A DNA stretch of 49,814 nucleotides, from positions 1 to 49,814 of the forward strand of contig CAXXSM010000044.1 of assembly GCA_963663405.2 (NCBI GenBank), read 5' to 3'. The notes beneath the pieces are model-generated. The model searched no databases. It saw only the letters and a list, made by a program, of their open reading frames with translations, and was not told where the DNA came from. Position numbers and translations under genes: made by a program. This DNA is from a bacterium. GTDB taxonomy: Bacteria > Hinthialibacterota > Hinthialibacteria > Hinthialibacterales > Hinthialibacteraceae. This document shows positions 1-9,093 of this stretch, one piece after another (positions within the stretch are counted from its first letter, which is position 1; each line of letters starts with the position of its first letter).

Positions 1-1
1 G

Positions 2-1063
2 GCGATCACGGAGATCCGCGAAATCAAGGAAATCATCCAATTGGAAAGCGGTTCACTCCGCCAGATTTTTCAACCGGGATTGCGGATCGCGTTGATGATT
101 GGTATAGCGCTGGCGATCTTTCAACAGATCACCGGCATCAATGTAATTCTTTATTATGCGCCGAAAATCTTTAAAAGTATGGGTTCCGGCACGAACGCCG
201 CTCTGCTCCAGACGGTCGCGATCGGCGCAGTCAATCTCAGTTTTACTCTTGTGGCGATATGGGTCATCGATTGGTTTGGACGCAAACCGCTTCTCCTGAT
301 CGGTTCAGCGGGGATGGGCATTTCACTTTTGCTTTTGGGATGCGCGTTTTTCATGGAATCTTCGCTGCTGCGGGAGAAAGATATATACGACTGGCCGGGA
401 TTCTGCGCGAAAGTGAATGAGGAGCGCAACCAGACATTTCCGAATCCAAGCCGGAGGCTATGGGAACATCTTTCCACAGATGCAAGGCAAGCCATTGAAA
501 AGACCACGCAGGATACGAATGTGAGTCAAGAAAGTAAGTCTCTCATTACTTTCGCGTTGAATGAGGTATTGAATAACATTGATTTTTATCACCTGGATTC
601 GTTCCAACAAATTGAACTGTCAGATGACGCTCAGTCGTTAATCAATCAGAGTTCAGAACCATTAACCAACAAAGGGATTCAAAAGTTAAACCGGCTGTTG
701 CTGGAAGCCGCATATCCTGAACAAATCGCAAAAAGCGCTAATAAACCAATCATTTTATTATTGATTCTTTGTTATATCGCATGCTTTGCGACATCGATGG
801 GTCCTGTGGTGTGGGTGCTGCTTTCGGAGATCTATCCCACACGTATCCGGGGCGGGGCGATGTCCATCGCCACGGTGTGCTTGTGGCTCGCCTGCTATCT
901 TGTGACACAGACGTTTCCAATGATGCTGGAAACATTGAAAGGTGGATGGACGTTCTGTTTCTACGCCGCTGTCTGCGCAGCCGCCTTCCTCTTCATCTGG
1001 CGCAGCGTTCCGGAAACCAAAGGCAAGTCGCTAGAAGAGATTGAAAAACGCTGGCTTGTGTAG
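2..1063 (+). CDS. Sugar porter family MFS transporter (XylE/GalP-like), 5'-truncated by the window edge, with a ~130-aa insertion between TM9 and TM10
   Basis: Sugar porter motifs FQQITGINVILYY, DWFGRKPLL, GPVVWVLLSEIYP and PETKGKSLEEIE. The frame is open back to position 2. Confidence 0.93.
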   Translation, partial: AITEIREIKEIIQLESGSLRQIFQPGLRIALMIGIALAIFQQITGINVILYYAPKIFKSMGSGTNAALLQTVAIGAVNLSFTLVAIWVIDWFGRKPLLLIGSAGMGISLLLLGCAFFMESSLLREKDIYDWPGFCAKVNEERNQTFPNPSRRLWEHLSTDARQAIEKTTQDTNVSQESKSLITFALNEVLNNIDFYHLDSFQQIELSDDAQSLINQSSEPLTNKGIQKLNRLLLEAAYPEQIAKSANKPIILLLILCYIACFATSMGPVVWVLLSEIYPTRIRGGAMSIATVCLWLACYLVTQTFPMMLETLKGGWTFCFYAAVCAAAFLFIWRSVPETKGKSLEEIEKRWLV

Positions 1064-1416
1064 ACAATCAAACAACACTAGTTTTATAAATTATCAGTCA
1101 AATTGACGACCAATCACTCTTGAAAATCACATTTATTTCGTTTATTATTGATTTTTACTTGCATGGAATGGGATGTAATATTTTTGTTATTTTTTAATAT
1201 GAATTTTGCAGTGGGATCACCTGACTAAAACATAGTATTATACGGCGGTAGAAAAATTTAAACGACTCAACTCAAGTATTACTACATAAATATGATTCTT
1301 AACATCTATATGTATATACTTATGTTTTGACATTCTATCGTTCCGTTCGTATTGGATTCATTGATTCAGGTCAATAAAACCTGGATTATTATACTATTAT
1401 TAGGGGAGGTTGTATT

Positions 1417-2226
1417 ATGTGGAGAGTATCTTTCTGTCTGTTGTTTCTCGTGTTCGTTTCGCCGGTTTCGATGGGACAGGGGTTAAACCTGTTTATTGTG
1501 ACCGAAGACGGAGAATTGGAATTAGAGGGCGCCGGTTTTCTGGGTGATTGGCTCCGGAGCCAAGGACACACAGTAACCGTCGTCGACGCCGGGGAAGGTA
1601 CCGCAAGCGATTACCATGGTGTTTTGGAGGATGAAGAAATCGCTTACTTGGAAAGTTTTGATGTTGTCATCATTCACCGTTCAATCAGCAGTGGCAGTTA
1701 TAATGACTTCATCGAGCAATGGAATGACTTGCGCGTTCCTCTTTTTCTCGGCAGTGGTTATTTGTCCAGAAATACACGGTGGTTCTGGATGGATACAGAA
1801 CATCAACGAACGTCCTTGTGGGAAGGTGTAGATATTCAAGTACCGGATCATCCGGTGGTCGCCGGTTTAACCGGTGAGTTCTTTGATGTTCCTCTGGATA
1901 TCGACCACAATACTCCAGGTGATGTCGGAGAAGGGACGATCATTGCGACAATCATCAATGACAGCGGGGAAGACGCGCTCGCGATTGTCGCATGGGGGCC
2001 GGATGACGCATTTACCGCCGCAGGTGGTCAAGTCCACACCCACGCCCGATTATTCCTGCCAATTTTACGGTATCACGAAGCCAATGGCTTTGGAAATACA
2101 GGCGATCCGTTGGTGGGCGGTAATTTTGAAAATTATACTGATAACGGATTGCAAATGATTGAACAAGGCATCCAATGGCTGTATTCATTCAGTGATACGA
2201 ATACGGATAATTGGGTTTTGTATTGA
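1417..2226 (+). CDS. Secreted protein of unknown function (possible ThuA/class I GATase-like alpha/beta fold) with C-terminal W-x-L-Y motif
   Basis: GGGGAGG RBS; Sec signal MWRVSFCLLFLVFVSPVSMG; 'LRSQGHTVTVV...LESFDVVII' pattern; ends TNTDNWVLY. The fold call is tentative. Confidence 0.75.
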   Translation: MWRVSFCLLFLVFVSPVSMGQGLNLFIVTEDGELELEGAGFLGDWLRSQGHTVTVVDAGEGTASDYHGVLEDEEIAYLESFDVVIIHRSISSGSYNDFIEQWNDLRVPLFLGSGYLSRNTRWFWMDTEHQRTSLWEGVDIQVPDHPVVAGLTGEFFDVPLDIDHNTPGDVGEGTIIATIINDSGEDALAIVAWGPDDAFTAAGGQVHTHARLFLPILRYHEANGFGNTGDPLVGGNFENYTDNGLQMIEQGIQWLYSFSDTNTDNWVLY

Positions 2227-2266
2227 TCGAATTGGATAGATCAGACTTTATTTAAAAATAAATCAT

Positions 2267-2311
2267 GGTGGGAACGCTGGGCGCATAGTGTTCCCACTCT
2301 TCTTCCTTTTT
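2267..2311 (+). terminator. Probable intrinsic terminator
   Basis: Stem GGTGGGAACGCT / AGTGTTCCCACT followed by a pyrimidine/T-rich tail, 40 nt after the stop codon. Confidence 0.65.
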
Positions 2312-2518
2312 ATCATCATTTACCTTCATACGCTAAAGTAATACTATCAACCACATAAACAATTTACTTGATATTGATGATAGATCTCACGTTTTTAATT
2401 TAATAAATATTATTAATGTGAAGATGCGAAAAAAGATGTATAACGGTAATATCAAAATAAGCATCTAGGAGTATGATTGACAAGAGATAGCCGCAATCGG
2501 CACGATTGGTTGATTCAT

Positions 2519-2560
2519 AAAAAAACACGGCCAGAATAAAGAAATCCGGGCCGTGTTTTA
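2519..2560 (-). terminator. Probable intrinsic terminator of the 2580-3323 gene (possibly bidirectional)
   Basis: AAAACACGGCC...GGCCGTGTTTT inverted repeat with flanking A/T tracts. Confidence 0.7.
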
Positions 2561-2579
2561 ATCCTAAAACGGAATTCTT

Positions 2580-3323
2580 TTATTGGAACAATTCCCAATG
2601 GCTGGCATGAGACGCAGTTCCCTCTACGATGATAAAGTCATCGAAAACACATGTGCCGGAAGTATCACCTGTAGCGTCTGTGGAGTGCGGACAATAACAA
2701 ATACCTAAATAACCGGGATCGGTTATGACAAGTGTATCGTCCGGTAACGCGCGATCGGCCGGCTCAGTCGCTTTTATCCATGGACCATCTAACGATTCCG
2801 ATGCGAGAATTTGGAATGTGTCTCCTTCTCTCACTAAACGCGTCCAATATCCTTCCGTAACATCAGGAGAGGTTCCGCGATCTGTACCTCCACCAGCTTC
2901 TAATCGGTACTGACCACGAAGACCGTTCGATCTCGACGCCAATGAACTCACGTAGGCCGCATCATCATCAAGTGACTGACGAAATGCGATTCCACCTTTT
3001 TCCCATCCATTATTGACATCGGGATCGAAGGAAACTAAATGAACGGCCACGTCAAAATCACCGGACACTTCCTGGTACAAAAAACCTATACCATCTGACG
3101 CTTCCCATTGATCCCAACCGTTATTCGTGATGAGTAATTGACCGTCAACAACCTCTGCGTTACCTTCAGTTGGAGGACCATCCTGCGCAGGGCCATTCCC
3201 TAAATTGACATAATTCCATTGCGAACCTAAACCAGCGTCAAAATTATCCACAATAGGCTGGCCATAAACAACACTCGATCCTAAAACTACAAGCGATAAT
3301 ACTACTAAACTAATTTTCTTCAT
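2580..3323 (-). CDS. Secreted concanavalin A-like beta-sandwich protein (DUF1349-like) with C-terminal W-x-L-F motif
   Basis: Sec signal peptide; 'YQEVSGDFDVAV', 'WEKGGIAFRQSL', 'WTRLVREGDTF' and 'FDDF' fit a ConA/DUF1349-like domain; ends SHASHWELFQ. Confidence 0.75.
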   Translation of the reverse strand: MKKISLVVLSLVVLGSSVVYGQPIVDNFDAGLGSQWNYVNLGNGPAQDGPPTEGNAEVVDGQLLITNNGWDQWEASDGIGFLYQEVSGDFDVAVHLVSFDPDVNNGWEKGGIAFRQSLDDDAAYVSSLASRSNGLRGQYRLEAGGGTDRGTSPDVTEGYWTRLVREGDTFQILASESLDGPWIKATEPADRALPDDTLVITDPGYLGICYCPHSTDATGDTSGTCVFDDFIIVEGTASHASHWELFQ

Positions 3324-3455
3324 CTAATTTCTCCCTTGTTCAAAAGAATTATTACACTCCAATTAAACATATTTCGTTTTGTGATATCACCCCCAATCAC
3401 CAAGCCAAATTTTAATTTTGACTGAGAAATATACCCAGTTTTCAAACATCAATAA

Positions 3456-3485
3456 ATTATGTCATGACTCTTTACACCACGTCAA
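3456..3485 (-). promoter_or_regulatory. Sigma70-type promoter for the 2580-3323 gene
   Basis: TTGACG-N18-CATAAT with an extended -10 TG on the minus strand. Confidence 0.5.
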
Positions 3486-3722
3486 GTGTACTTCTCGAAA
3501 AAAATACAATTTCATGGTTTCTTTCCTTTGATTCATCTGGTATTTAAAAAAAACTGCGCTTTTCTTCTAAAAATCTCAAATTCTCTATTTTTCCCCCTAT
3601 TATTTATCGTCATAAATACAAATCCTTCTCTATCGTAATCGATGTAGGATTCTTATTTGCTTAAAAAAAATTTTAATGATCATCATTGCTTACGAGCTTA
3701 TGTCCGCAATGAGGGAGAATCG

Positions 3723-3752
3723 TTGACAAGCTATAGTGAAGCGCGTTACAAT
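3723..3752 (+). promoter_or_regulatory. Sigma70-type promoter
   Basis: TTGACA-N18-TACAAT about 75 nt upstream of the ATG at 3829. Confidence 0.6.
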
Positions 3753-3828
3753 CAATTGATTCATCTGAATCATATTGATTTCCCTATCCGTATCTCAATT
3801 ACAATTTATTCTATCTGGAGAACAAAGA

Positions 3829-4803
3829 ATGAAAGAACAAAATGATTTAACATTATCCCGGCGTGGATTTATGAAGACTGGCGCCGCAGCCGCCGTCTCA
3901 GCGATGGCGATCCAAAACGCCATGAGTCAGAGCGGAGAGAAACCTAATTCCAAATTCAACGGCGTGCAGATAGGTACGATCACCTACAGTTACAGGGGCA
4001 TGCCCGGTTCGGCGGAAGATATTCTTCAATATATTGTGAAATCCGGGATCAACTCGGTCGAACTGATGGGAGAACCGGTAGAGCAATTCGCCGGCGTTCC
4101 GTCAGGCTCTGGCCGCGGAAGAGGCCGCCGAAGTGAAATGACAGAGGAAGAGCGGAAAGCCATGCGACAGTGGCAGGAAGAACTTCTTGAATGGCGCACA
4201 TCTGTTTCTATGGACAAGTTCAAAGCCCTCAAGAAAATGTATAATGACGCGGGGGTGGATATTCATATTGTCAAATTCGGGAACATCGGCGATGAGAATA
4301 TGCCGGACGAAGAGATTGATTATTATTTCAACGTCGCCAAAGCTCTTGGCGCCAGGGGGATCACACGTGAACTGTCCGAAGACGCGGCGAAACGGCTGGG
4401 GCCGATCGCGGACAAGCATAACATTATGATCGGCTTTCACAATCACACCCAACTCAAACCAACAACGTATGACGGTCCGATTTTGTCATATGGAAAATAC
4501 CTGGGGATTAACCTTGATGTGGGACATTATGTCGCTGGGACGAACGAGTCTCCGATTCCACTCATCGAGAAACACCATGACAGGATTTTCAGTATCCACA
4601 TCAAAGACCGGAAAATCAATAACGGCCCGAACATGCCTCTTGGCCAAGGAGATACGCCGGTGGCGTTAATTCTTCAATTAATGAAAAGAGAGCAATGGAC
4701 GTTTCCCGCCGATATCGAACTTGAGTATAGAATTCCACAAGGTTCGGACGCAGTGACGGAAGTCGCGAATTGCGTCCAATTTTGCAAGGAAGCTCTAGCC
4801 TGA
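3829..4803 (+). CDS. Tat-exported sugar phosphate isomerase/epimerase family protein (xylose isomerase-like TIM barrel)
   Basis: SRRGFMK twin-arginine signal; GFHNH, LDVGH, HIKD and IELEY metal-site motifs; GGAG RBS before the ATG at 3829. Confidence 0.88.
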   Translation: MKEQNDLTLSRRGFMKTGAAAAVSAMAIQNAMSQSGEKPNSKFNGVQIGTITYSYRGMPGSAEDILQYIVKSGINSVELMGEPVEQFAGVPSGSGRGRGRRSEMTEEERKAMRQWQEELLEWRTSVSMDKFKALKKMYNDAGVDIHIVKFGNIGDENMPDEEIDYYFNVAKALGARGITRELSEDAAKRLGPIADKHNIMIGFHNHTQLKPTTYDGPILSYGKYLGINLDVGHYVAGTNESPIPLIEKHHDRIFSIHIKDRKINNGPNMPLGQGDTPVALILQLMKREQWTFPADIELEYRIPQGSDAVTEVANCVQFCKEALA

Positions 4804-4831
4804 CGGCTTTGAACCGCTTTAAAGGAAAGTG

Positions 4832-4872
4832 AAAAAAACCGCCATACCGGGTGAACTGGTATGGCGGTTTCT
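4832..4872. terminator. Bidirectional intrinsic terminator between convergent genes
   Basis: AAACCGCCATACCGG-GTGAA-CTGGTATGGCGGTTT hairpin, with an A-tract on the left and Ts on the right. Confidence 0.85.
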
Positions 4873-4924
4873 ATTGAAAAGAATGATTATTGAACTCACG
4901 TTTTAAGAACGCATTGGCGAGTTT

Positions 4925-6166
4925 TTAGATTTTCGGTAATTCCCAGGGAGAACGGCGCGGGCGGTCTAGATACGTGTTAGCGTCCGCGTCTCCATCAAAT
5001 TGTTCTTTTACAGGATCCCATTTCATACGGCGGTTCGTCCAACGGGCGATGTTGATCATATGGCAAATCAAAATCGAGCGATGTCCGATTTCGACATCCG
5101 CGATCGGCGTATTGCGGCTTCGGATACAATCGAGGAAGTTCTGCTGATGGTTCTGACTCACTTCCAGCCGAATATCCAAGTTATCTACCTTACCAAGTTC
5201 CGGAGGATCGACTTTGTAATTGCCGCGGTCAACCACGATCGTTCCTTTTTCACCTTCAAACATTCCACCGCCCTGCGGCGCCTTGTTATCGAATTTCAAG
5301 AGAACGCCGTTTTCGTATTTCATATTAACGGCCCGGTCCAACTCGCGTTCGTTGCCTTCCGCCCAGACTTCGACAGGACCGGTATGATCCATGCCTAGAG
5401 CCCACTGAATCATGTCGACGCCATGCGCGCCCCATCCAGTCACTTCCCCTCCGGAAAACTGCATGATTGAAATCCAGCCGGGTTGCGCGCGGGGGGTATA
5501 GATATCCTGGTGATAGCCGCGAGGTGGTGTGGGTCCAAGCCACGTATCCCAATCGAGTCCTTCGGGCACGGGCTGTGTGGGGAAAGGCTGATCCCACGGG
5601 CTGGGGTATTTAGCGCCGTGAGCCGTGTGGATTTTTCCGATCACTTGATTGCGAACCAGTTCACACCCGATACGGCTGCGTTGATCGGATCGCTGCTGAC
5701 TGCCACACTGAACGACGCGTTTGTGCTTGCGGGCGGCGTTGACCATAGCGCGTCCTTCCGCGATGGTGAGCGTCATCGGTTTTTCGACATACACATCTTT
5801 TCCCGCTATGCAGGCGTCGATGCTGCACAAAGCATGCCAGTGATCGGGAGTAGCCACGATGACGGCGTCGACGTTATCGTCCGCCAGCAAGTCACGATAA
5901 TCTTTATATTTCTTCCAGCCGCTGTTCCCTGCGATGCGATCCATCCGTTTCTCGTTCAAATCACTGATCGCGACAAATTGGTTGTTCTTCAAACGACGGA
6001 AATCCCCCATCAACTGGCTGCCACGCCGCCCTGGGCCAATTACACCTAATTGAATGGTATCGTTAGCGCCGAACGCGTTTGATGAAAGCACAAGTGGAGC
6101 GCTCATGGCGGCCGCGCCGCTGTTGATGAGAAATCTTCTTCGTTTGATGGTTGCAGTTTCATTCAT
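4925..6166 (-). CDS. Tat-exported Gfo/Idh/MocA family oxidoreductase
   Basis: KRRRFL signal; GVIGPGRRG; VATPDHWH; YVEKP; WGAHGVD; GGAG RBS before 6166. Confidence 0.92.
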   Translation of the reverse strand: MNETATIKRRRFLINSGAAAMSAPLVLSSNAFGANDTIQLGVIGPGRRGSQLMGDFRRLKNNQFVAISDLNEKRMDRIAGNSGWKKYKDYRDLLADDNVDAVIVATPDHWHALCSIDACIAGKDVYVEKPMTLTIAEGRAMVNAARKHKRVVQCGSQQRSDQRSRIGCELVRNQVIGKIHTAHGAKYPSPWDQPFPTQPVPEGLDWDTWLGPTPPRGYHQDIYTPRAQPGWISIMQFSGGEVTGWGAHGVDMIQWALGMDHTGPVEVWAEGNERELDRAVNMKYENGVLLKFDNKAPQGGGMFEGEKGTIVVDRGNYKVDPPELGKVDNLDIRLEVSQNHQQNFLDCIRSRNTPIADVEIGHRSILICHMINIARWTNRRMKWDPVKEQFDGDADANTYLDRPRRSPWELPKI

Positions 6167-6220
6167 AATCCATTCTCCAATATTGTATGGTTCTTGTACT
6201 GGTTTCTGTTTCACACTATA

Positions 6221-6505
6221 TCATTTAAAATTCGGCATTTCATCCCGCGTGATGACGAGTTCATGATTGTACACCTGTTTTAGATAGGCCGGATCGTTTT
6301 TACGGATGTGCCTCCCATGCCAAGTGGAAAACCAATTCCACATAAATCCGCGTTCTTTCATGATAGCGGGATCAGGGATCTCTTCACATTCCGACAATGC
6401 GATGGGCTTGTTTCCCGCGACTGTACTCATTAAATCAAAATGCGGTTTTTCATCGGTTTGACCGCGTTTATAAATATCAACGCCAATCACACCAATTGTG
6501 TCCAT
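6221..6505 (-). pseudogene. C-terminal remnant of a GH26 beta-mannanase
   Basis: IGVDIY...KPIALSEC..IP...WNWFSTW...VYNHELVITRDEMP matches the GH26 C-terminal third. The N-terminal two-thirds, including the acid/base HE motif and signal peptide, are absent. Confidence 0.75.
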
Positions 6506-6513
6506 ACTGGAAT

Positions 6514-7554
6514 TTAATGCCGGGTGAATCGATCGAAGACTGTAATCACAGGCATCGCATTGCCCTCACGATCAAACATCGTTCTACGGCCTCCCCAGCG
6601 GGTCGCCGGTTCCCACCAGAAGATTCCTTTCCCCCGGTTGTTGGGTGTGTTCAAGACGATTCGATTCACTTCATCTAAAAACTCTTTTTGACCTTCCGGA
6701 CTTTCGGGGAAAGGAGCGGATTTCTTCTTGTATTCCGCTGGTTCGCAGTTATACGCAACCTCGACCAAGATGATATCCTTTTCATACGCGTTCGCCATAA
6801 AATAGAAATTCTCTCGGAGATCGAGCAACGAACCATGCCACCACGGATAATACGACTGGCCGATCACATCGTAATCGATGTTGTAGGAATGCCACTTATC
6901 GAAGAAACTCTTCGTTCGTTTTTGATTCGCGCCTTGATCGATATGGATCATGATCTTGGGACGCGGCTCGTTTCCCCGCCCCGCGTCGACTCCATTGATC
7001 CCCGCTTCAATCAATTCCGCCAGATTATCCCAATTATCCGGCAGTTTTCCATCCGGCCAAAGCATACCATGAATGATCTCATTCCCGATCTGCACCATAT
7101 CCGGCAAGGCGCCCGCTTCCCGGAACGCCTCAATCGTATCTCGCGTGTAGTCAAAAACCGCGTCGACAAGTTCCTTGTGTGATTTGCCCTCCCACGCTTG
7201 GGGAATGAATTGTTTGCCAGGATCGGCCCACGTGTCGGAATAGTGATAGTTCAATAGAAACTTGAAACCACGTTTTTTCGCATCCTGCGCGAGAGCGATA
7301 GTATATTCTAAATCGTTAGGAAGACGTGTAGGTGTATGGAACAATCGCAGGCGAATCCAGTTGTAGCCGTGATTTTTAAAAATATCCAAACAGGGCTTTA
7401 CCTCTCCATTGTCTTTAAACGCGAAACCAGAGTCTTCCGCCTGTTTCATAAACGAAAGATCGGCGCCAATCGCATAATCCGAGGATGTGGCAGCACCCGA
7501 AAACAGGGCTTGCGTTATGAGTAAACCGATTGTAATAAAAAGATATCGTTTCAC
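6514..7554 (-). CDS. GH53 endo-beta-1,4-galactanase
   Basis: Signal peptide; GADLS, IRLRLF, HYSDTWADPGKQ, QIGNEI, SYYPWWHG, VEVAY and WWEP motifs. Confidence 0.95.
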   Translation of the reverse strand: MKRYLFITIGLLITQALFSGAATSSDYAIGADLSFMKQAEDSGFAFKDNGEVKPCLDIFKNHGYNWIRLRLFHTPTRLPNDLEYTIALAQDAKKRGFKFLLNYHYSDTWADPGKQFIPQAWEGKSHKELVDAVFDYTRDTIEAFREAGALPDMVQIGNEIIHGMLWPDGKLPDNWDNLAELIEAGINGVDAGRGNEPRPKIMIHIDQGANQKRTKSFFDKWHSYNIDYDVIGQSYYPWWHGSLLDLRENFYFMANAYEKDIILVEVAYNCEPAEYKKKSAPFPESPEGQKEFLDEVNRIVLNTPNNRGKGIFWWEPATRWGGRRTMFDREGNAMPVITVFDRFTRH

Positions 7555-7584
7555 AGAACTATGCCTCTTATTTTTAATCCAACG

Positions 7585-8944
7585 TTATAATGACCAACCT
7601 TCGCGGAATTCCGGTTTGACGATGGCGTTGGCCCGGTCATTGTTTTTAATCTCCAGTTTTTCTGGATCCCAATACAAGCGCTCGTCTTTGACTTGCAGCG
7701 CCAACACACCCAGCAGGGCCATTTCGGTCAATGGGCCGCCGTACTCAAAACTGGCGCTTGGTTGAACGCCTTCTTTGCACGCGCGAATCCAATCCTGCAT
7801 ATGTTTGTCATCCCCACCTTCTATACGGGGAATTCTTGCGGGAGGCCGCTTGTATTCTTCCATTAACGATTTTGGTTCCAAGCGAAGATTGCCGGCGCCG
7901 TGCGAGCCGTGCAGAATAATTCCTTTTTCACCGACGAACATCGCCCCATTGCCGCCCAGTTTCTCTCCATTGATATAGTTCGCTGGAATCGGCGGTTTCA
8001 GCCGTCCATCGAACCATGTTAATTTAACCGGCGGCATAGAACCACGCGCAGGGAACTGATAGCGGACAATGGAGGCGCGGGCATAGGTTTCCGATTCAAC
8101 TTCAGGGATGTAATGCGTAGTGGTCGCTTCCACATACTCCGGCGCGCCCAGTTTTAAGGCCCAAAACGCCGGGTCCATGATATGACAGCCCATATCGCCA
8201 ATCGCGCCGGTGCCGAAGGCTGTCCAGCTGCGCCATGTCATGGGACAGTAATCCGGATGATAGGGACGATATTTAACCGGTCCCAGCCAAAGGTCCCAAT
8301 CCAAACCCTCCGGCACGGGAGGCGTCTCTTTCGGACGAGCCTGCACAAGAAAGTCCGACCAAGGATCGCCCGCCAACAGGCCGGTCGCTCCACGCGTAGA
8401 CTTCCCGGATCGCTCCAATGGCGCCATCTTCAATCCATTCGCAGAGCATTCGGATGTTATTCGACGAGTGGCCTTGGTTGCCCATTTGTGTGATTACCCC
8501 CGCCTCACGGGCCGCTTCTGTGATCGTGCGGGTTTCATAAATGGAATGGCAGAGCGGTTTCTCGCAATACAAATGTTTCTTGCGCTTCAAAACATTCATC
8601 GCAGCGACTGAATGCGTATGATCCGGCGTCGCGAGGATGACAGCGTCGATTTCATTTTCTATTTCATCGAGCATCACGCGGAAATCTTTATAGAATTTCG
8701 CGTCAGGATTGCTGTTCATTGTCCGGCCGATCCGCCGTTTGTCTACATCACATAACGCGACAATGGTTTCGCCGCGGGCTTTACTCAGATCGTCTCCACC
8801 CCGTCCACCAACTCCGATCCCGGCGATACGAAGGCGGTCACTAGGAGCGGTGTTTCCCCGCCGTGGCAGAACGGCGCTAGGGATAATTGTTAGAACGGCG
8901 CTTTTCTTTACAAAACTGCGGCGTGATACGTTATTGTTTTCCAT
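7585..8944 (-). CDS. Tat-exported Gfo/Idh/MocA family oxidoreductase (one apparent +1 frameshift near 8370)
   Basis: SRRSFVK signal; GIGVGGRG; TPDHTH; YCEKP; GDMGCHIMD. ORFs 8273-8995 and 7585-8433 join as WSDRPVGG-DPWSDF when one G is removed. Confidence 0.9.
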
Positions 8945-9093
8945 GGTCTTTCTCCCATTGCTGATAAAAAGATTCTTTCTCCAAGTTATTTTCAAATTTT
9001 TCTTGAATCAGGAAAATAGGATTCCCTGATGGATATATCAGTAAAACTAAAATGACGAAGGATCAAATGCAGGAAGAATTATTGATTTCATGT

